Positions 31,655 through 44,479 of a stretch of DNA of 64,000 nt are shown here, one piece after another. Each line of letters opens with the position of its first letter. Position 1 is the stretch's first letter. The position numbers were made by a program, and so were the translations under genes. Source of the DNA: the human T2T-CHM13v2.0 reference genome, Homo sapiens; NCBI RefSeq assembly GCF_009914755.1, contig NC_060937.1; one strand, 5' to 3'. Below the pieces are notes generated by a model. The model was not told the DNA's origin. It ran no database searches and was given only the letters and a program-made list of their open reading frames with translations.

Positions 31655-32856
31655 CAAGACATAATTTTAATGGGTAAAACCAAATCACAAAATAATTTAT
31701 AATACATGATCCCATTTTTATTTTTTAAAATCCTCATAATTTATGTGTATGCATTTTACTTTTTACTATATATGTATTCTGTCTGAATTTTTTAAAATGA
31801 GAATTATATTTGTTGTGTAATTGTTTTAAATACAATTTAAGAAATAATGACCACGATATCTAACTCTGTGGCCTCGAGTGGAAAGAATGAGTTTGAAAGA
31901 TGTTTGAAAGTCAGCCTATCTGAAGTCATTCTTTTAGGTAAGGTTTTAACCCACCTCATCATGACTCTTTTCTAGACTACCCTTCCCCAGAATGACCCTC
32001 CTTCCTTGAACTCCTCCTCACTCTCTGGATAAGCATTTCTTCTTCCCACTGTACTGAAGGTTAACTTTCCATGATTCTGTGTATTACCAACTGGTTGTAG
32101 GCTCCAGGAGTACCCATTTATTCTTTTTTTGTAGTCCCACCGCACCCAGTTTGTTATGTTATACATAGTAATTATTCAAATATCCCCTTGTTAGTTGATC
32201 ATTTTTTTCAGTAAATGATACTTTCCCCCATTCCCCACTTCCCCTACCCTGTCCGCCCCTAACTTGAGGAATTAAGAGTGCTTTTGTCATACAGGGCTCC
32301 ACTCTCTCGGGTTCCAGTTTTAGCTCTGCTTCTGCATCACCAAATGGCCTTGGGAATGTCTCTACTTCTCCGGGAAAGTCTCTGTCTCTCTGGGTCTGTT
32401 TCTATCACTGAAGGGGTCAAGATTAAAAGTCAAGATAGTCAGAACCTGTGAGGCACAAAAGGAAAAAGCAGGCTGGAACAGGAAGATAACATCAGGGAGG
32501 AAATAGTGTGTCAGAAGGAAGATAGTCAAAGTAACATTCGAGAAGGAGTGCATTTGATGAAGACATCCATTTAAGAAAAGCAATAGGGTGACACAGTTAA
32601 TATGGCTTTACCACCAGAAACCCATGATTTAATCAAGTAAACTATCCTCAAGTGAAGAGAATAAGTGCCACAAACTGGTTTGATCTTGCTGAATTATACT
32701 TATCAAAATATGTATTGAGTTTACTCAATAAATATGCACTGTTTGTATTTCTGAAGCACTGTGGTCAGTACTAAGAAGACAATAATAAACAAGATAAGCA
32801 TGTTTCCTGCCCTCATGAAGCTTAAGCTCTAATGAAAAATAAAGATAAGTAGTCTA

Positions 32857-32925
32857 TGTAATTGACACCCCGAAGTACATTTTCACAAACTGTAATTGAC
32901 ACCCCTGAAGTACATTTTCACAATC
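32857..32925. repeat. 34/35-bp tandem duplication
   Basis: tgtaattgacacccc(t)gaagtacattttcacaa twice, head to tail. Confidence 0.92.
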
Positions 32926-32962
32926 TACAATGTGAATGGTGCCCTGGATAAGAAATATAATG

Positions 32963-33745
32963 GAGAAAACCCTCATACGTTGTTGGTGGGAATGCAAATT
33001 AGTACAACAACTATGGAGAACAGTTTGGAGGTTCCTCAAAAAACTAAAAATAGAGCTACCATATGATCCAGCAATCCCACTGCTGGGTATATACCCAAAA
33101 GAAAGGAAATCAGAATTTTGAAGAGATATTTGCCCTTCCATGATTGCTGCAGCACTGTTCACAATAGCTAAGATTTGGAAGCAACTTAAGTGTCCATCAA
33201 CAGATGAATGGATCAAGAAAATGTGGTACATATACACAATGGAGTACTATTCAGCCATAAAAAAGAATGAGATCCTGCCATTTGCAACAACATGGATGAA
33301 ACTGGAGATCATGACGTTGAGTGGAATAAGCCGCACACAGAAAGACAAACATCACATGATCTCGCTTATTTGTGGGATCCAAAAATAAAAATAATTGAAC
33401 TCAGACACAGAATGGTTACCAGAGGCTGGGAAAAATAGTGGGGGACTGGGGTGGGAGGTAAGGATGATTAATGAATAAAAAAAAGTTAGAAAGAATAAGA
33501 CCTACTATTTGATAGCACAACAGGGTGACTATAGTCAATAATAACTTAATTGTACATTAAAAATAAACTAAAAGAGTATAATTGAATTATTTATAACACA
33601 AAGGATAAATGTACAAAGGGATGGATACTCCATCCTCCATGATGTGCTTATTTCACATTCCATGCCTGTATCAAACATATCAGGTACCCCATACATTTAT
33701 ACACCTACTATGTACCCCAAAAAATTAAAAATTTAAAAATTTAAA
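32963..33745 (+). mobile_element. L1MA-type 5'-truncated LINE-1 3' end
   Basis: [26 protein letters not shown] peptides; gatagcacaacagggtgactatagtc; TSD-like aagaaatataatgg. Confidence 0.9.
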
Positions 33746-33760
33746 GAAATATATAATGGG

Positions 33761-34133
33761 TGTCATGAACTGAATGTTTGTCTGCTCTCAAAATTCATGT
33801 TTGGAACCCAGCCCTTAATGTAATTGTACTTAAAGATAGAGCCATTATGGAGGTAATTAAGGTTAAATGAGATCATAAGTGTGAGCCCTGATCTTACAGG
33901 GTTAGTATCTTTATAAGAAGAGGCACTAGAGAACTTACTCTGTTTCCACCATGTAAGAACACAGCAAGAAAGTGGCCATCTATAAGCCAGGGAGAAAATC
34001 TTCATCAGAAACCATCCCTGCTGAACCCTGATCTGGCATTTCTAGCCTTCAGAACTGTGAGAAAATAAATTTCTGTTCTGTAAGCCACCTGGTCTATGGT
34101 ATTTTTTAATGGCAGCCCAGGCAGACTAACACA
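33761..34133 (+). mobile_element. MaLR MLT1A0-like LTR within an L2 relic
   Basis: tgtcatgaactgaatgtttg...ggcagactaacaca; 5-bp TSD atggg. Confidence 0.88.
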
Positions 34134-35692
34134 ATGGGAAAATTGCAGTGTTGTAGGAGCACCTAACCCAATTTTAGGGGTTCATAGAAGGTGTCCTAAG
34201 AGAAAAATGAAATGTAATATTAGCTACAAAAATGAGTAAGTGTTATCAGGTCAAAGGGAGAATTGGTGAAGGGTGTAGGGAAAGTTGTTGAATGAAAATG
34301 GTTTCCCAGACAAAGAGAAGAGCTTGTGTGAAAGAGAGCAAGACACATTTACAGTCCATACTGAATGGGTCATAAAGTTGAGGGACACAGTCTATGAAAA
34401 GATTAGCAGAGGCAGAGTCACAAAGAGTCTTTTATAAACCTTGGTAGAGAGTTTGTACTTTACCCTGAGATCAATAAAAGTGTTAAAATATTCCTAAAAT
34501 ATTAAAATTAATAACTGAAATTATTTGTTCCCTGTAAAATAATTTGCAAACAGTCTGGAAGGAAATTTTCACTTTTGCAGCTTTTCAAACATTTGCTCAG
34601 CACCACATGGTTGGCACTCAGTGACATTTGTTTAATAAATGACTGGTTTAGGCCTTTTCTGAGGATATTTTGATTCACATCTAACCATCACAGTGGTTCC
34701 AAATCGGAGGGTTTTTTAATGATCTCTTATTGACATGTTAAGAGAGACTTTCTCTGTAGCAATCCCAGTAGTAATTCTACCCTAGAACCTAGGTTTCCAT
34801 TTCAGTTGCCTAAGACTCAGTCCTTGCATCTGTTATCCTCTGATTAGCTAACAGTGCTGGACTTGTGAAGATTGAGTTTAAATCACCCACTCTGACTTAA
34901 GAACAATTCTGCATATTCTGGTAGTTCCTACAAACTGCTGATCCTTGCATGGGTATCACCAGTGCAGTTTTACATTTTTCTTCCTTCTGGAAAACAATAG
35001 CTAAACATCAGAGCGTGAAATAATGTTTTGTTCAGGGGTCTGTCAAGCATGTCAGGTCAAAATCTCTCTGTTTGGCCTTCAAATTGTTTTGTGAGATCCC
35101 ATAATAGCATTGCACCACATTTGGTCCTTAGGAAAACAGACTTGGAAAATATGAGTTGATGGACCCTGACAGCCAGTTTCTGAGGTTTGTCCTTCCAGCC
35201 AGCCAGTCATGGGAGATCGTTACACTTTGACCTCAAAATCTTTGCCTGCCTCCCAAGTTCTCCCACAGCACTATACATTCACATCTGTTTAGAGCCCGCT
35301 GCTTGCTGGACATACTTTAGTCTCAGCTTTGGAGGAAGATGGCTAGCTCTTGGAAATCTTTTAGATCTCTTAGAAACACTTTTGTATACTATTCATTTAT
35401 TTTGTGTGTGTCTAGTGCACAGGAAAAAGCTCAGTGTAATAAAATTAACAACTGCAGCTGTAGAATGAGTAATACCGCAACCCAAGCCTAAGACTGGCAA
35501 GGTAAGCCTTTCCCCAACCCCAATCTGGCACCATTACTGATTGCAGCTGGCAGCAAGAAGTCATTTGGAGGAGAGATGCTTTTGTGATCAATAACCTTTG
35601 AACATCTTATACAGAAATACCAGGCTTGGAACTAAATAAGAGGCTTTCTGAGAAAGCAACCCTTCCAAATTGCTTCAGCCATAGAACTGTGT

Positions 35693-36388
35693 TTGCTATA
35701 GTTTGAATGTGTCCTCCCCAAAGCAGCAGTGTTGGAAGGTGTGTTACCAAAACACCAGGGGTTCAGTCTACATCCTACTGCTTGCTGCACAGAAAGCCAA
35801 TCACTGAGAGAAGGAGTATTACCAGGGAAGAAGGTTTTAATTGGGTGCTGCACCCAAGGAGATAGGAGAGGAGTCTTAAATTCATCTCCTTACCAACTAA
35901 AATCAAGGGTTTATATAGCAGGAAATAAATGTAATTACATGCAGGAAAACAGGAATTAAGGAGGGGTAAGGAAGAAGAGTTTGTCAACAGGAAGCAAGTG
36001 GTTGGTTAGGCAATCATGATGGGTGAGAGGTCTGGTGTCTCATTGTTTAGATGCATAATTTGGTAAGTTTCAGTTCTTTGATACTCTCTGGGAGGACTGA
36101 TGGTTGGTTTCCTGAGAAAGGAACTCAGATAAGACAAATATAACTTTCTCAAGTTTCAAGACTAGGAGGGTCAGTTCCTATGTTTATTCAAAAGAAACCA
36201 TAAATATCAGTTCTATGGGAGTTCTAAGGGACAATTGGGCCAGTTTTATGTGGAGCCTAAAAGGGGGTGTTTAGATCATGAGGGCTCCAACTTCATGAAT
36301 AATTTAATTCCAATTATAAAAATAGCTTGTGGCTGTGAGTTTGAGCTTTCTCTCTCTCTCATCCTCTTACCTTCTGCCATGGAATGAC

Positions 36389-36425
<37 letters not shown>

Positions 36426-36553
36426 CTTACCAGATGTTGGCACCTTAATATTGGACTTCCCAGCCTCCAAAACTGTAAGAGATAAATTTATTTTCTTTAT
36501 AAATTATGCAGTCTGTGGTATTCTGTTATAGCAACGCAAAATGAATGAAGACA
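35693..36553 (+). mobile_element. MaLR MST-type LTR, split by an ERV1 LTR
   Basis: tgctatagtttgaatgtgtcc...; resumes ggagcctaa...tattctgttatagcaacgcaaaatgaatgaagaca. Confidence 0.82.
35742..36248 (-). mobile_element. ERV1 MER4-group solo LTR (LTR54-like)
   Basis: tgttaccaaaacaccaggggttcagtc...gggacaattgggccagtttta. Confidence 0.75.
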
Positions 36554-36697
36554 ATGTTATTCAAGCTAAAACTCTGGAGGAAGATCAAGAGTTTAGGTCT
36601 TCCTGAGACTTGGCAGAGTTTTGGGTTTTTTTTTTTTTTTTTTTTTTCTTCAAAGAGAGCATAGTCCTAAAGGACCAACTCAATTGAATTCTGTTTC

Positions 36698-37632
36698 CAA
36701 CTTTTATTTTAGGTTCAGGGGTACATGTGCAGGTTTGTTATATAGGTTAACTTGTGCCACAGTGGTTTGTTGTGCAGATTATTTCATCACCCAGGTACTT
36801 ATACCCAATAGTTATTTTTTCTGCTCCTCTCCCTCCTTCTACCCTCTGCCCTCAAGTAGGCCCCAGTGTTTGTTGCTCCCTTCTTTGTGTCCATGAGTTC
36901 TCATAATTTAGCTCCCATTTTTAAGTGAGAACATGAAGTATTTGGTTTTCTGTTTCTGTATTAGTTTGCTATGACCTCCAGCTCCAACCATGTTCCCACA
37001 AAAGACATAATCTCATTCTTTTCTATGGTTGCATAGTATTCCATGGTGTGTATGTACCACGTTTTCTTTATCCAGTCTATCATTGATGGGCTTTTGGGTT
37101 GTTTCCATGTCTGTGTTATTGTGAATAGTGCGGCAATGAACATTCACATGCATCTGTCTTTATGGTAGAATGATTTACAGTCCTCTGGGTATATACCCAG
37201 TAATGGGATTGCTGGGTTGAATGGTAGTTCTGTTTACAACTCTTTCAGGAATCGCCACACTGCTTTCCACAATGGTTGAACTAATTTACATTCCCATCAA
37301 CAGTGTGTAAGCATTCCCTTTTCTTTGCAATCTTGCCAAGATCCACATTTTCTGCCTTTTTAATAATAGCCATTCTGAGTGGTGTGAGATGGTATCTCAT
37401 TGTGGTTTTCATTTGCATTTCTCTAATGATCAGTGATGTTGAACTTATTTCATATGCTTGTTGGCCACATGTATGTCTTTTTTTGAACAATGTTCATTTA
37501 TGTCCTTTGTCCGCTTTTTAATGGGGTTGTTTATTTCTTGTAAACTTAAGTTATTTATAGGTGCTGGATATTAGACCTTTGTCAAATGTATAGCTTGCAA
37601 ATATTTTCTCCCATTCTGTAGGTTGTCTGTTT
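36698..37632 (-). mobile_element. L1PA (older, PA13-16-like) 5'-truncated 3' end
   Basis: aacttttattttaggttcaggggtacatgtgcagg; ORF2 C-terminal peptides on minus strand. Confidence 0.9.
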
Positions 37633-37887
37633 TCAGACTTCTATTTGCATAAGGATTGGACTGCTTTAGTTGCTTTGACTAAGTCATTGGATCTACTTCA
37701 TATAGAAGTAATGTTGAATGCCTACCCTGCCAGAATAGCTCTTATCATTTCTAGTATTCTCTCCACTAGTCTCCTTACAGGTACTCCCCTTTCCTCTAGA
37801 TCAGCTTTCAGCCCTCTGCTACCAACTAATAATAACAAAGTCTTTACTAATCGCCTCTCCATTCCTACCCTTAATTGTCTGCTTGTT

Positions 37888-38325
37888 TGTCTTGGGTCAG
37901 GTTCCTGGAGAAACCGATTCTGAGACAGATTTGCATGCAGAATTACTGGGGGAAGGTAGTTAGGACCCACACATCCAAGGGACTGAAGAAAACAGGTTTG
38001 GAGTAGAAGAAGAAATTGAACTGAGATGTAGTCACAACAGAGGCCAATTGTACAGGGCCTTCTGAAGCTAACATATTTATTCAGTGTTTCCAAATTAAGG
38101 CAATGTGGCCAGGGCTTTATATTCCCAAATCCACAGATTATTAGGCAAAGGCTGCTCTAGGAAAGGGTTATAACCTTGAGGACAAAGCAGCTCCAGCAGG
38201 CAGAGGGCAATTTCTGGAGAGAGGCTGTGAGCCCTCAGCAGCAATGCTCCCAGAATCTGGGGAATAGGGGTCTTGGACCGGAAGGTGAAAGTGAGCAGTG
38301 CCCCAGAGAACCTTTCATACCCTCT
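37888..38325 (-). mobile_element. ERVL LTR (LTR16/MLT2-like)
   Basis: tgtcttgggtcaggttcctggagaaaccgattctgagacagatttgcatgcag. Confidence 0.55.
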
Positions 38326-39554
38326 CACCCCAATAATGTCAGGAAGAGTTTAGGGTGATGTAACCACCTTTTCTTCCCTCTCCATTTGGTCCAACATCCT
38401 TCTGTCATTCCTCCTTGCTGGCAAATTCCAGCAATGCGTTAGGGTCATACCCCAAGGGGACTCCTGCTTCCACTCCTCCAAAAGTGTCATGCTAAGGCAA
38501 GCAGCTTAGGCCTAGGGTCTGGTGGTTTTAAATTTTGTGTGTTTTGATAGACTTAAATACATTTTGTGATATTTTTGAAGGGAATTTTTAATAATCATTT
38601 CTAATTTCTCTTGCTAGCTTTTAATTGCAAATGCACAGTATTTCAGCTACATTTGGGTGAGATCAATTTTTGTCCACCATCCAAGAAGGCTTACGGCCAT
38701 TGTTTCTATGAGAAAATGTATATTGAGTTCCAAACACTAAGCTCAAAAGAAGTTCTGGAACAGTGCCCGGGTGAGGACTGCCACACAGGTAATGGCTAAA
38801 ATGAGCATGGTACAATTGTCAAACTCTTCGAACGCATAGAGAGAGAGTAAAAGCCCATTAAGAGCTGAAGTTGCTTTTTAACTGTGCCTTGCTTAAACTG
38901 ATGTCTTAAGGCCAAAATATTGTTCTCATCAATTTGTTCCCAACAAATAAATCCAGTACCACATACCCCAAAACAAGGTAGGCTGTTTCAAAAGATCACA
39001 CATTTTAATGGAATCACACTTCATTTCTGGAACAAGCACATCTTGCCCAAGCAGCTCAGCTGTCATTACAAACAGGATCTAGTCACTGCTCCCTCTATCC
39101 CTAGCATTATCCCTGTTTTACTGAAAAGGAAGCTAGCACGAGGTGCTTAAGTAACTTTAGCCACAAACTAGGGATCAGGACTGCAGCAGCTGGTGAAAGC
39201 ACAGCCTTCCACGGCCTTCACACAGGTTCCTGGCTTCTTGCCCCAGCCTGGATTTCCTCCCAGCTGCAGGGCCTGAAATGTCCCTTTAAGTCTCCTTGGC
39301 TCCTTTCACCTGTGAAACAAGCTGAAAACAGCCTTTCCCAGGAAGATTCAGTGTTCATTCACTAATCAAAGAAGAAAAACCCACCACCTCTCAAGGGGGA
39401 CACAGAACTCAACACAGTTTTTGAGGAGGGCTTTATTTTCCTCCCCAAAGGGAGTCAGAATTTCTCAGGTTTGAGCCTCTCCTATTCTTTTGACAAGCAA
39501 TATTAATAATCGCCCCAGCTCTCCCCTGGTATAGCTGTACCACCGAGTAAAGCC

Positions 39555-39770
39555 CAGTGTAGGGGATACGCCCAGTGCAATAATGCTGGCTAAATAAGTA
39601 CAGTTCATTACCTCCCAACAGTCAAGGAGTTTAAGATCCGTCAATTCATCCCACGTGAGGGAGATTATGTGATTTACATGTTAAAGTGCCCCTGTGGTTT
39701 GATTTGCATAGCAAAGACTTTGGGGGCATGGAAACAAAGCATCAGTGTGCATGATGAGAGTACTATTAGC
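39555..39770 (+). mobile_element. Decayed Penelope-like retroelement fragment: Cys-rich linker plus GIY-YIG endonuclease N-terminus
   Basis: One frame reads QCRGYAQCNNAG*ISTVHYLPTVKEFKIRQFIPREGDYVIYMLKCPCGLICIAKTLGAWKQSISVH, matching the recalled PLE pattern CxxCxxC...(F/Y)xIxxxITC...VIYxLxCPCGLxYIGKT...LKxRIxEH. Confidence 0.78.
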
Positions 39771-40253
39771 ATAGTGCGTTCAGATTTTCAGACAGCCTGG
39801 CTAGGCAAACAATCCTGCACCTTCACCACAAGCGTAGAGTTTATACGATTTGACAATTTCTCATCCACAATCAGGAAAGAGGTTAGGGAGTTGGTGTATG
39901 GAATGAGGTTTACTAGAAAGGCTGTCTTCTTAAGTACAATAATCTTTCCTTAAAAGACTTCCCTCCTCCCATCACTTTTCTTTTACTTCTTCTTATATTC
40001 ATTTCAAGGCAGAAATATTCTACCTGATAATTCTGGAAGAGCCCAGCCACAGCCATTTCTGAATGCTGGAAACTCAGGCAGTAGCTCCATCATTGTCAGC
40101 CCACCCTCTGTCTAACCACACACACAGATGCACACACACACCACTGTAACCTTACTAAAACCTCCTGGGACGCATTAAGATCTCCCAACTAGAACACTTT
40201 GGGCTCAAACTATTGGGCTGGCCTCTGGCAAAATTACAAAATTACTTGAACCC

Positions 40254-40650
<397 letters not shown>

Positions 40651-40789
40651 TTAACTTACAGTGGGAGATGAACCTAACATGAGCCACAAAGAGCTGATGA
40701 TGTTGCAGGTCTTGCTTCCTATTGTGGGAAGTCCCTCAGGTGTCCAGGCTAGAGAAGGGAGGTTACTGGATGAGCACAGGGTCAGAGCA

Positions 40790-41351
40790 AATGGTGTCCT
40801 CGGGGGCCTATTAGTCTGTACTTGCAGCTTGAAAACCCAAGAGGTGGTTGGTGAGAGAAAAAGCAGGTTTGATCGGAGAGCCAGCAAACAGAGAAGATGG
40901 TGAACAAGTGTTCTCAAGTACCGTCTTAAATTTCTCAGTTTACCACAGGGGTTTTAAAGGAAAACTTGATACGGGAGACATGTGGGAGTGGTGCAGGGCG
41001 TGGGGTCTGTATGCCTTGTTCCAATGGCTATCTTGGGTAAGAGGTAGACCTAGTTGGCATTATGTTGACTTTGGCCCAGTGGTCACGGACTAACTGTTCG
41101 TGAGTCCCGTTAAGCGGGAGGATTCTGCAATCTGGACTCTGTGCCTGCTTTGTTTCAAGATTAGCCTCTGGAATTTCTTAAGCAATCTTAAGCAAGATTA
41201 GCCTCTGGAATTTCTAATGCAGGTAAAATAAGCCTGCATTGCCAGAGGGGAGTATCTAGAGAGAGAAGAAATGAAGGGATGAAAGTGGAGGGAGGAAAGA
41301 CAAATAGTGGGTGATTAAAATATGGTTTTAAAACTGAGGCCCCTGTTTACA
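40790..41351 (-). mobile_element. ERV1 MER4-group solo LTR
   Basis: gagagccagcaaacagagaagatggtg...gtaccgtctt resembles the LTR at 6.5 kb; ends cctgtttaca. Confidence 0.55.
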
Positions 41352-41534
41352 AATCAAGGGCACTGGGATGAGTTGCTCTTCCACCATCGTTAACTCCCTT
41401 GATTCCTCAAATGCCTATGATTGCTGAGGGTTTATGGTTATAAAAATGAATGAAACAATGTTCTTGCCATCAAGGAGCTCCCAGGCTAGTGGGGGAAACA
41501 AAAATGTAATGTAGTGTGTTTAGTGCTACAATGG

Positions 41535-41900
41535 TGATATGGTTTGGCTGTGTCCCCACCCAAATCTCACCTTCAATTGTAATAATCCCCATGTGTCAAG
41601 GGTGGGACCAGGTGGAGATAATTGAATCATGGGGCTGGTTTCCACCATACCAATAGTTCTCATGGCAATGAATAAGTCTCACAAGATCTGATGGTTTTAT
41701 AAATGGGAGTTTCTCTGCACAAGCTCTCTTGCCTGCTGCCATGTAAGATGTCGCTTTGCTCTTCCTTTCTTCTCATCTTTCGCCATGACTGTGAGGCCTC
41801 CTCAGCCATGTTGAACTGTGAGTCCATTAAACCTCTTTCCTTTATAAATTACCCAATCTCAGGTATGTCTTTATTAGCAGCATGAGAACAGACTAATACA
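41535..41900 (+). mobile_element. THE1 (B/C-like) MaLR LTR within an L2 relic
   Basis: tgatatggtttggctgtgtccccacccaaatctc...gagaacagactaataca. Confidence 0.93.
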
Positions 41901-42321
41901 AACAGTGTGCTGGGAGAATAAAGAAGGAGCACTAAGCCAGCAACCAGCTGAATGGAGAGGGAGGGACAGCATCTCAGGGGAGGAGATGCCTAAGCCAGGA
42001 CCAAAGGATCTATAGGGAAAAAAATGAAGTTGAACATCCTTGTGCTAAATAGGACAGGATAGGGCCACCTTAACCAACTCTTACACAGTGGTTTTGACTC
42101 TTGCAGACACTTATCATTTCCTCCTTCATCCCTACTGCTCCCCACAACACTTAGCTACTTCAGTTAAGTTATAATTGACCAGGTAAAGGCTTTTTGAGGA
42201 ACACAGTGGCTCTCAAACACATCCTGTTTTTCTCCTGATTATTTGGCCCCACTGATATTACTGACTATTCTGAGAGCACCTATTCCTCTCAATCCACTTT
42301 CCCCTAAATCTACTCTCTGCA

Positions 42322-42372
42322 ACATACATACATACATACATACATACATACACACATACACACACACACATA
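42322..42372. repeat. (CATA)n/(CA)n microsatellite
   Basis: Direct observation. Confidence 0.93.
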
Positions 42373-42469
42373 CCCCAAAATGTATTTAATTTGTACCCAT
42401 TTTATCATTCATTCATGTAATGCTTATGTAACAGCACTGGTTAGGAAGCTTGGAGAGCTGGATTCAAGT

Positions 42470-42970
42470 CAAACAGAGTCTCTCCTTGACCAAACTAATC
42501 AGGCTCCTCTTAACTTTCTCTTCAATAGGACCTGACTTTCAGCCTTTGGTGTTAGTCTCTGCATTGTTCAACTTTAACAAGAATCTTGCTAAGTCACTTT
42601 AGCCAGAATCTCCCATCCTTAGTATCTGATCACCTTTGACGTCTGATCAGGTTCTTCCTCCTCCATCATCCCTCAGATGATGGATGATCACCCTGGCCTG
42701 CCTTCAGCAACAATCCTATCAGGTCAATTTTGGTAGAATTCCCTCTCCCTTACATCTGGTGTTTCCTCTTAGTAATTTTCCATCCATTGACCCCCACCTT
42801 ACTCCTTCTTGGCTATAAATTCCCATTTTTCCTTGTGTTTAAAGTTGAGCCCAGTCTCTCTCCCTACTGGAAAATCTTATTTCAGTGGTCTCTATACCTG
42901 TCATGGTGGTCCTGAATAAAGTCTGCCTTAGCATTCTTTAACAAATGTTATGAATAATTTTTCTAAACCA
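42470..42970 (+). mobile_element. MER31-like ERV1 solo LTR inserted in a MIR
   Basis: cagagtctctccttgaccaaact...gatcaccctggcctgccttcagcaa...gaataaagtctgcctt...gaataattttt. Confidence 0.78.
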
Positions 42971-43414
42971 ATGTAGACTTGGTTATCTGGGCAAATCATT
43001 TAATTCCTCTGCAATCCAGTTTGTTCTAAGAAGGAAGAGAAAACCTCTAAGATTTCTTCCAGCCCTAATGTAAGAGAAATTAATAGGGTAGTCTAGTGCA
43101 CAGTAATATCAGACAAACTGAACCACAGGCATAAGGAAGCTGAAGGCCAAAGTGAATGTCCCAGAAACCCCACTTTATGTGCTTAGTCACTTGTCACTTT
43201 AAGAGTTTGTCACTTAGAGAGCCAGTTTCTAAGTCTTTAGAAGAAGGATATCAACAAATGTATCTCAGGGCTGTTACGAGAGTTAAATATAGTGCTCTAT
43301 GTGAAAAGCTCTTTGCAAATTATAAATGCAACACACTGTTACTAATGTGTTAACTAAGATGAGATTGAAATTCCAAGTACTAACAGCAGGACACTGCGGA
43401 ACATTCCTTTAATC

Positions 43415-43640
43415 TATTGGTTTTCACTGTGGAGGTGGGAGATTTTGCCACCAGGAGTTATTTGGCAATGTCTGGGAACATTTTTAATTGTCACAACTGA
43501 GGGAAGGGGAGAGGTACTACTGGCATCTACTGGAAAACAGCCATGGATGCTGCTAAATGTCCTACAAGGCACAGGACAGCTCCTCACGACAACGAATTAT
43601 CCTACTCAATAGTAAACCTAATACCGCAAAACCATCCTAT
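43415..43640. mobile_element. MER20 (hAT-Charlie) DNA transposon
   Basis: atttggcaatgtctgggaacattttt...tgtcacaactg...tactggcatct...ggatgctgctaaatgtcctacaaggcacaggacagc. Confidence 0.85.
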
Positions 43641-44134
43641 GTCATGGCTATCTGTTTTCCTGGGGAAAAAGACAGTTCCAGACAGTATGGACCACCAATA
43701 CTAAGACTCCATGAATACCTAGACTCCCAAAAAAAGTCCTATGGCCCTATGACAAAGCTCCAGCCGAAAACATTTCCTTCAGAGATTTTACCACCAAGCT
43801 CTTGGCTACAGGGATTTGGATGGAGGCTGTCCTGTGACCAAAAATTTCCATAAATGGATATGAAGAAAGATCACGGAGCATGCTAGTAACACTAGAAAAT
43901 TTGTGCTTTTTTTTTTTGTTAGGACTGGGGGAGGAAATCCAAATCACTGAAACATTCATTGTGTATAATTAGGCAATGGGAGTTATAGTGTATGAAGAAT
44001 AACATGATGCATCATTCATACTGTGGGGATGAACTCATTGATTCTGTATGTATTCCACTCTCAAGCACACAGAAAGCATGTAGTTACAGAAATCATTCTT
44101 TCTGGAAATCTAGTAATCTAAAGGTCTGCTAGTT

Positions 44135-44400
44135 GGACTAGGCATGGTGACTCACCCCTACAACCCAGTGCTTTGGGAGGCTGAGGCAGGAGGATGGCTT
44201 GAGGCCAGGAGTTTGAGACCAGCCTGGGCAACATAGTGAGGTCCTGTCTCTACAAAAAATAACAAAAATTAGTTGGGCATGGTAGTGAACCCTGTAGTCC
44301 TAGCCACTCGGGAGGCTGAGGCAGGAGGATCGCTTGAGCCCAGGAGTTTGGGGTTGCAACTGGACCACTACCCTGTAGCCTGGGCTACAGAAAGAGACCC
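44135..44400 (+). mobile_element. AluJ lacking its poly-A tail
   Basis: ends gagaccc; 15-bp TSD aaaggtctgctagtt / aaaggtcagctagtt. Confidence 0.9.
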
Positions 44401-44479
44401 AAAGGTCAGCTAGTTCCCAATGTAAGGGGTTAAAATGTCTGCTATGTTGCTATATGTCCTTTAGTTTTTGCTTTTCTGG

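Noticed and set aside
39455-39490. Minus-strand peptide RRGSNLRN resembling the PLE RRxxNLRD motif
   Set aside because: Opposite strand to the GIY-YIG remnant and too short to separate from chance without a profile search
39669-39953. 94-aa ORF as an active nuclease gene
   Set aside because: Catalytic Y, G, R and E positions are altered, there is an upstream in-frame stop, and similarity fades after about 39770; treated as a fossil
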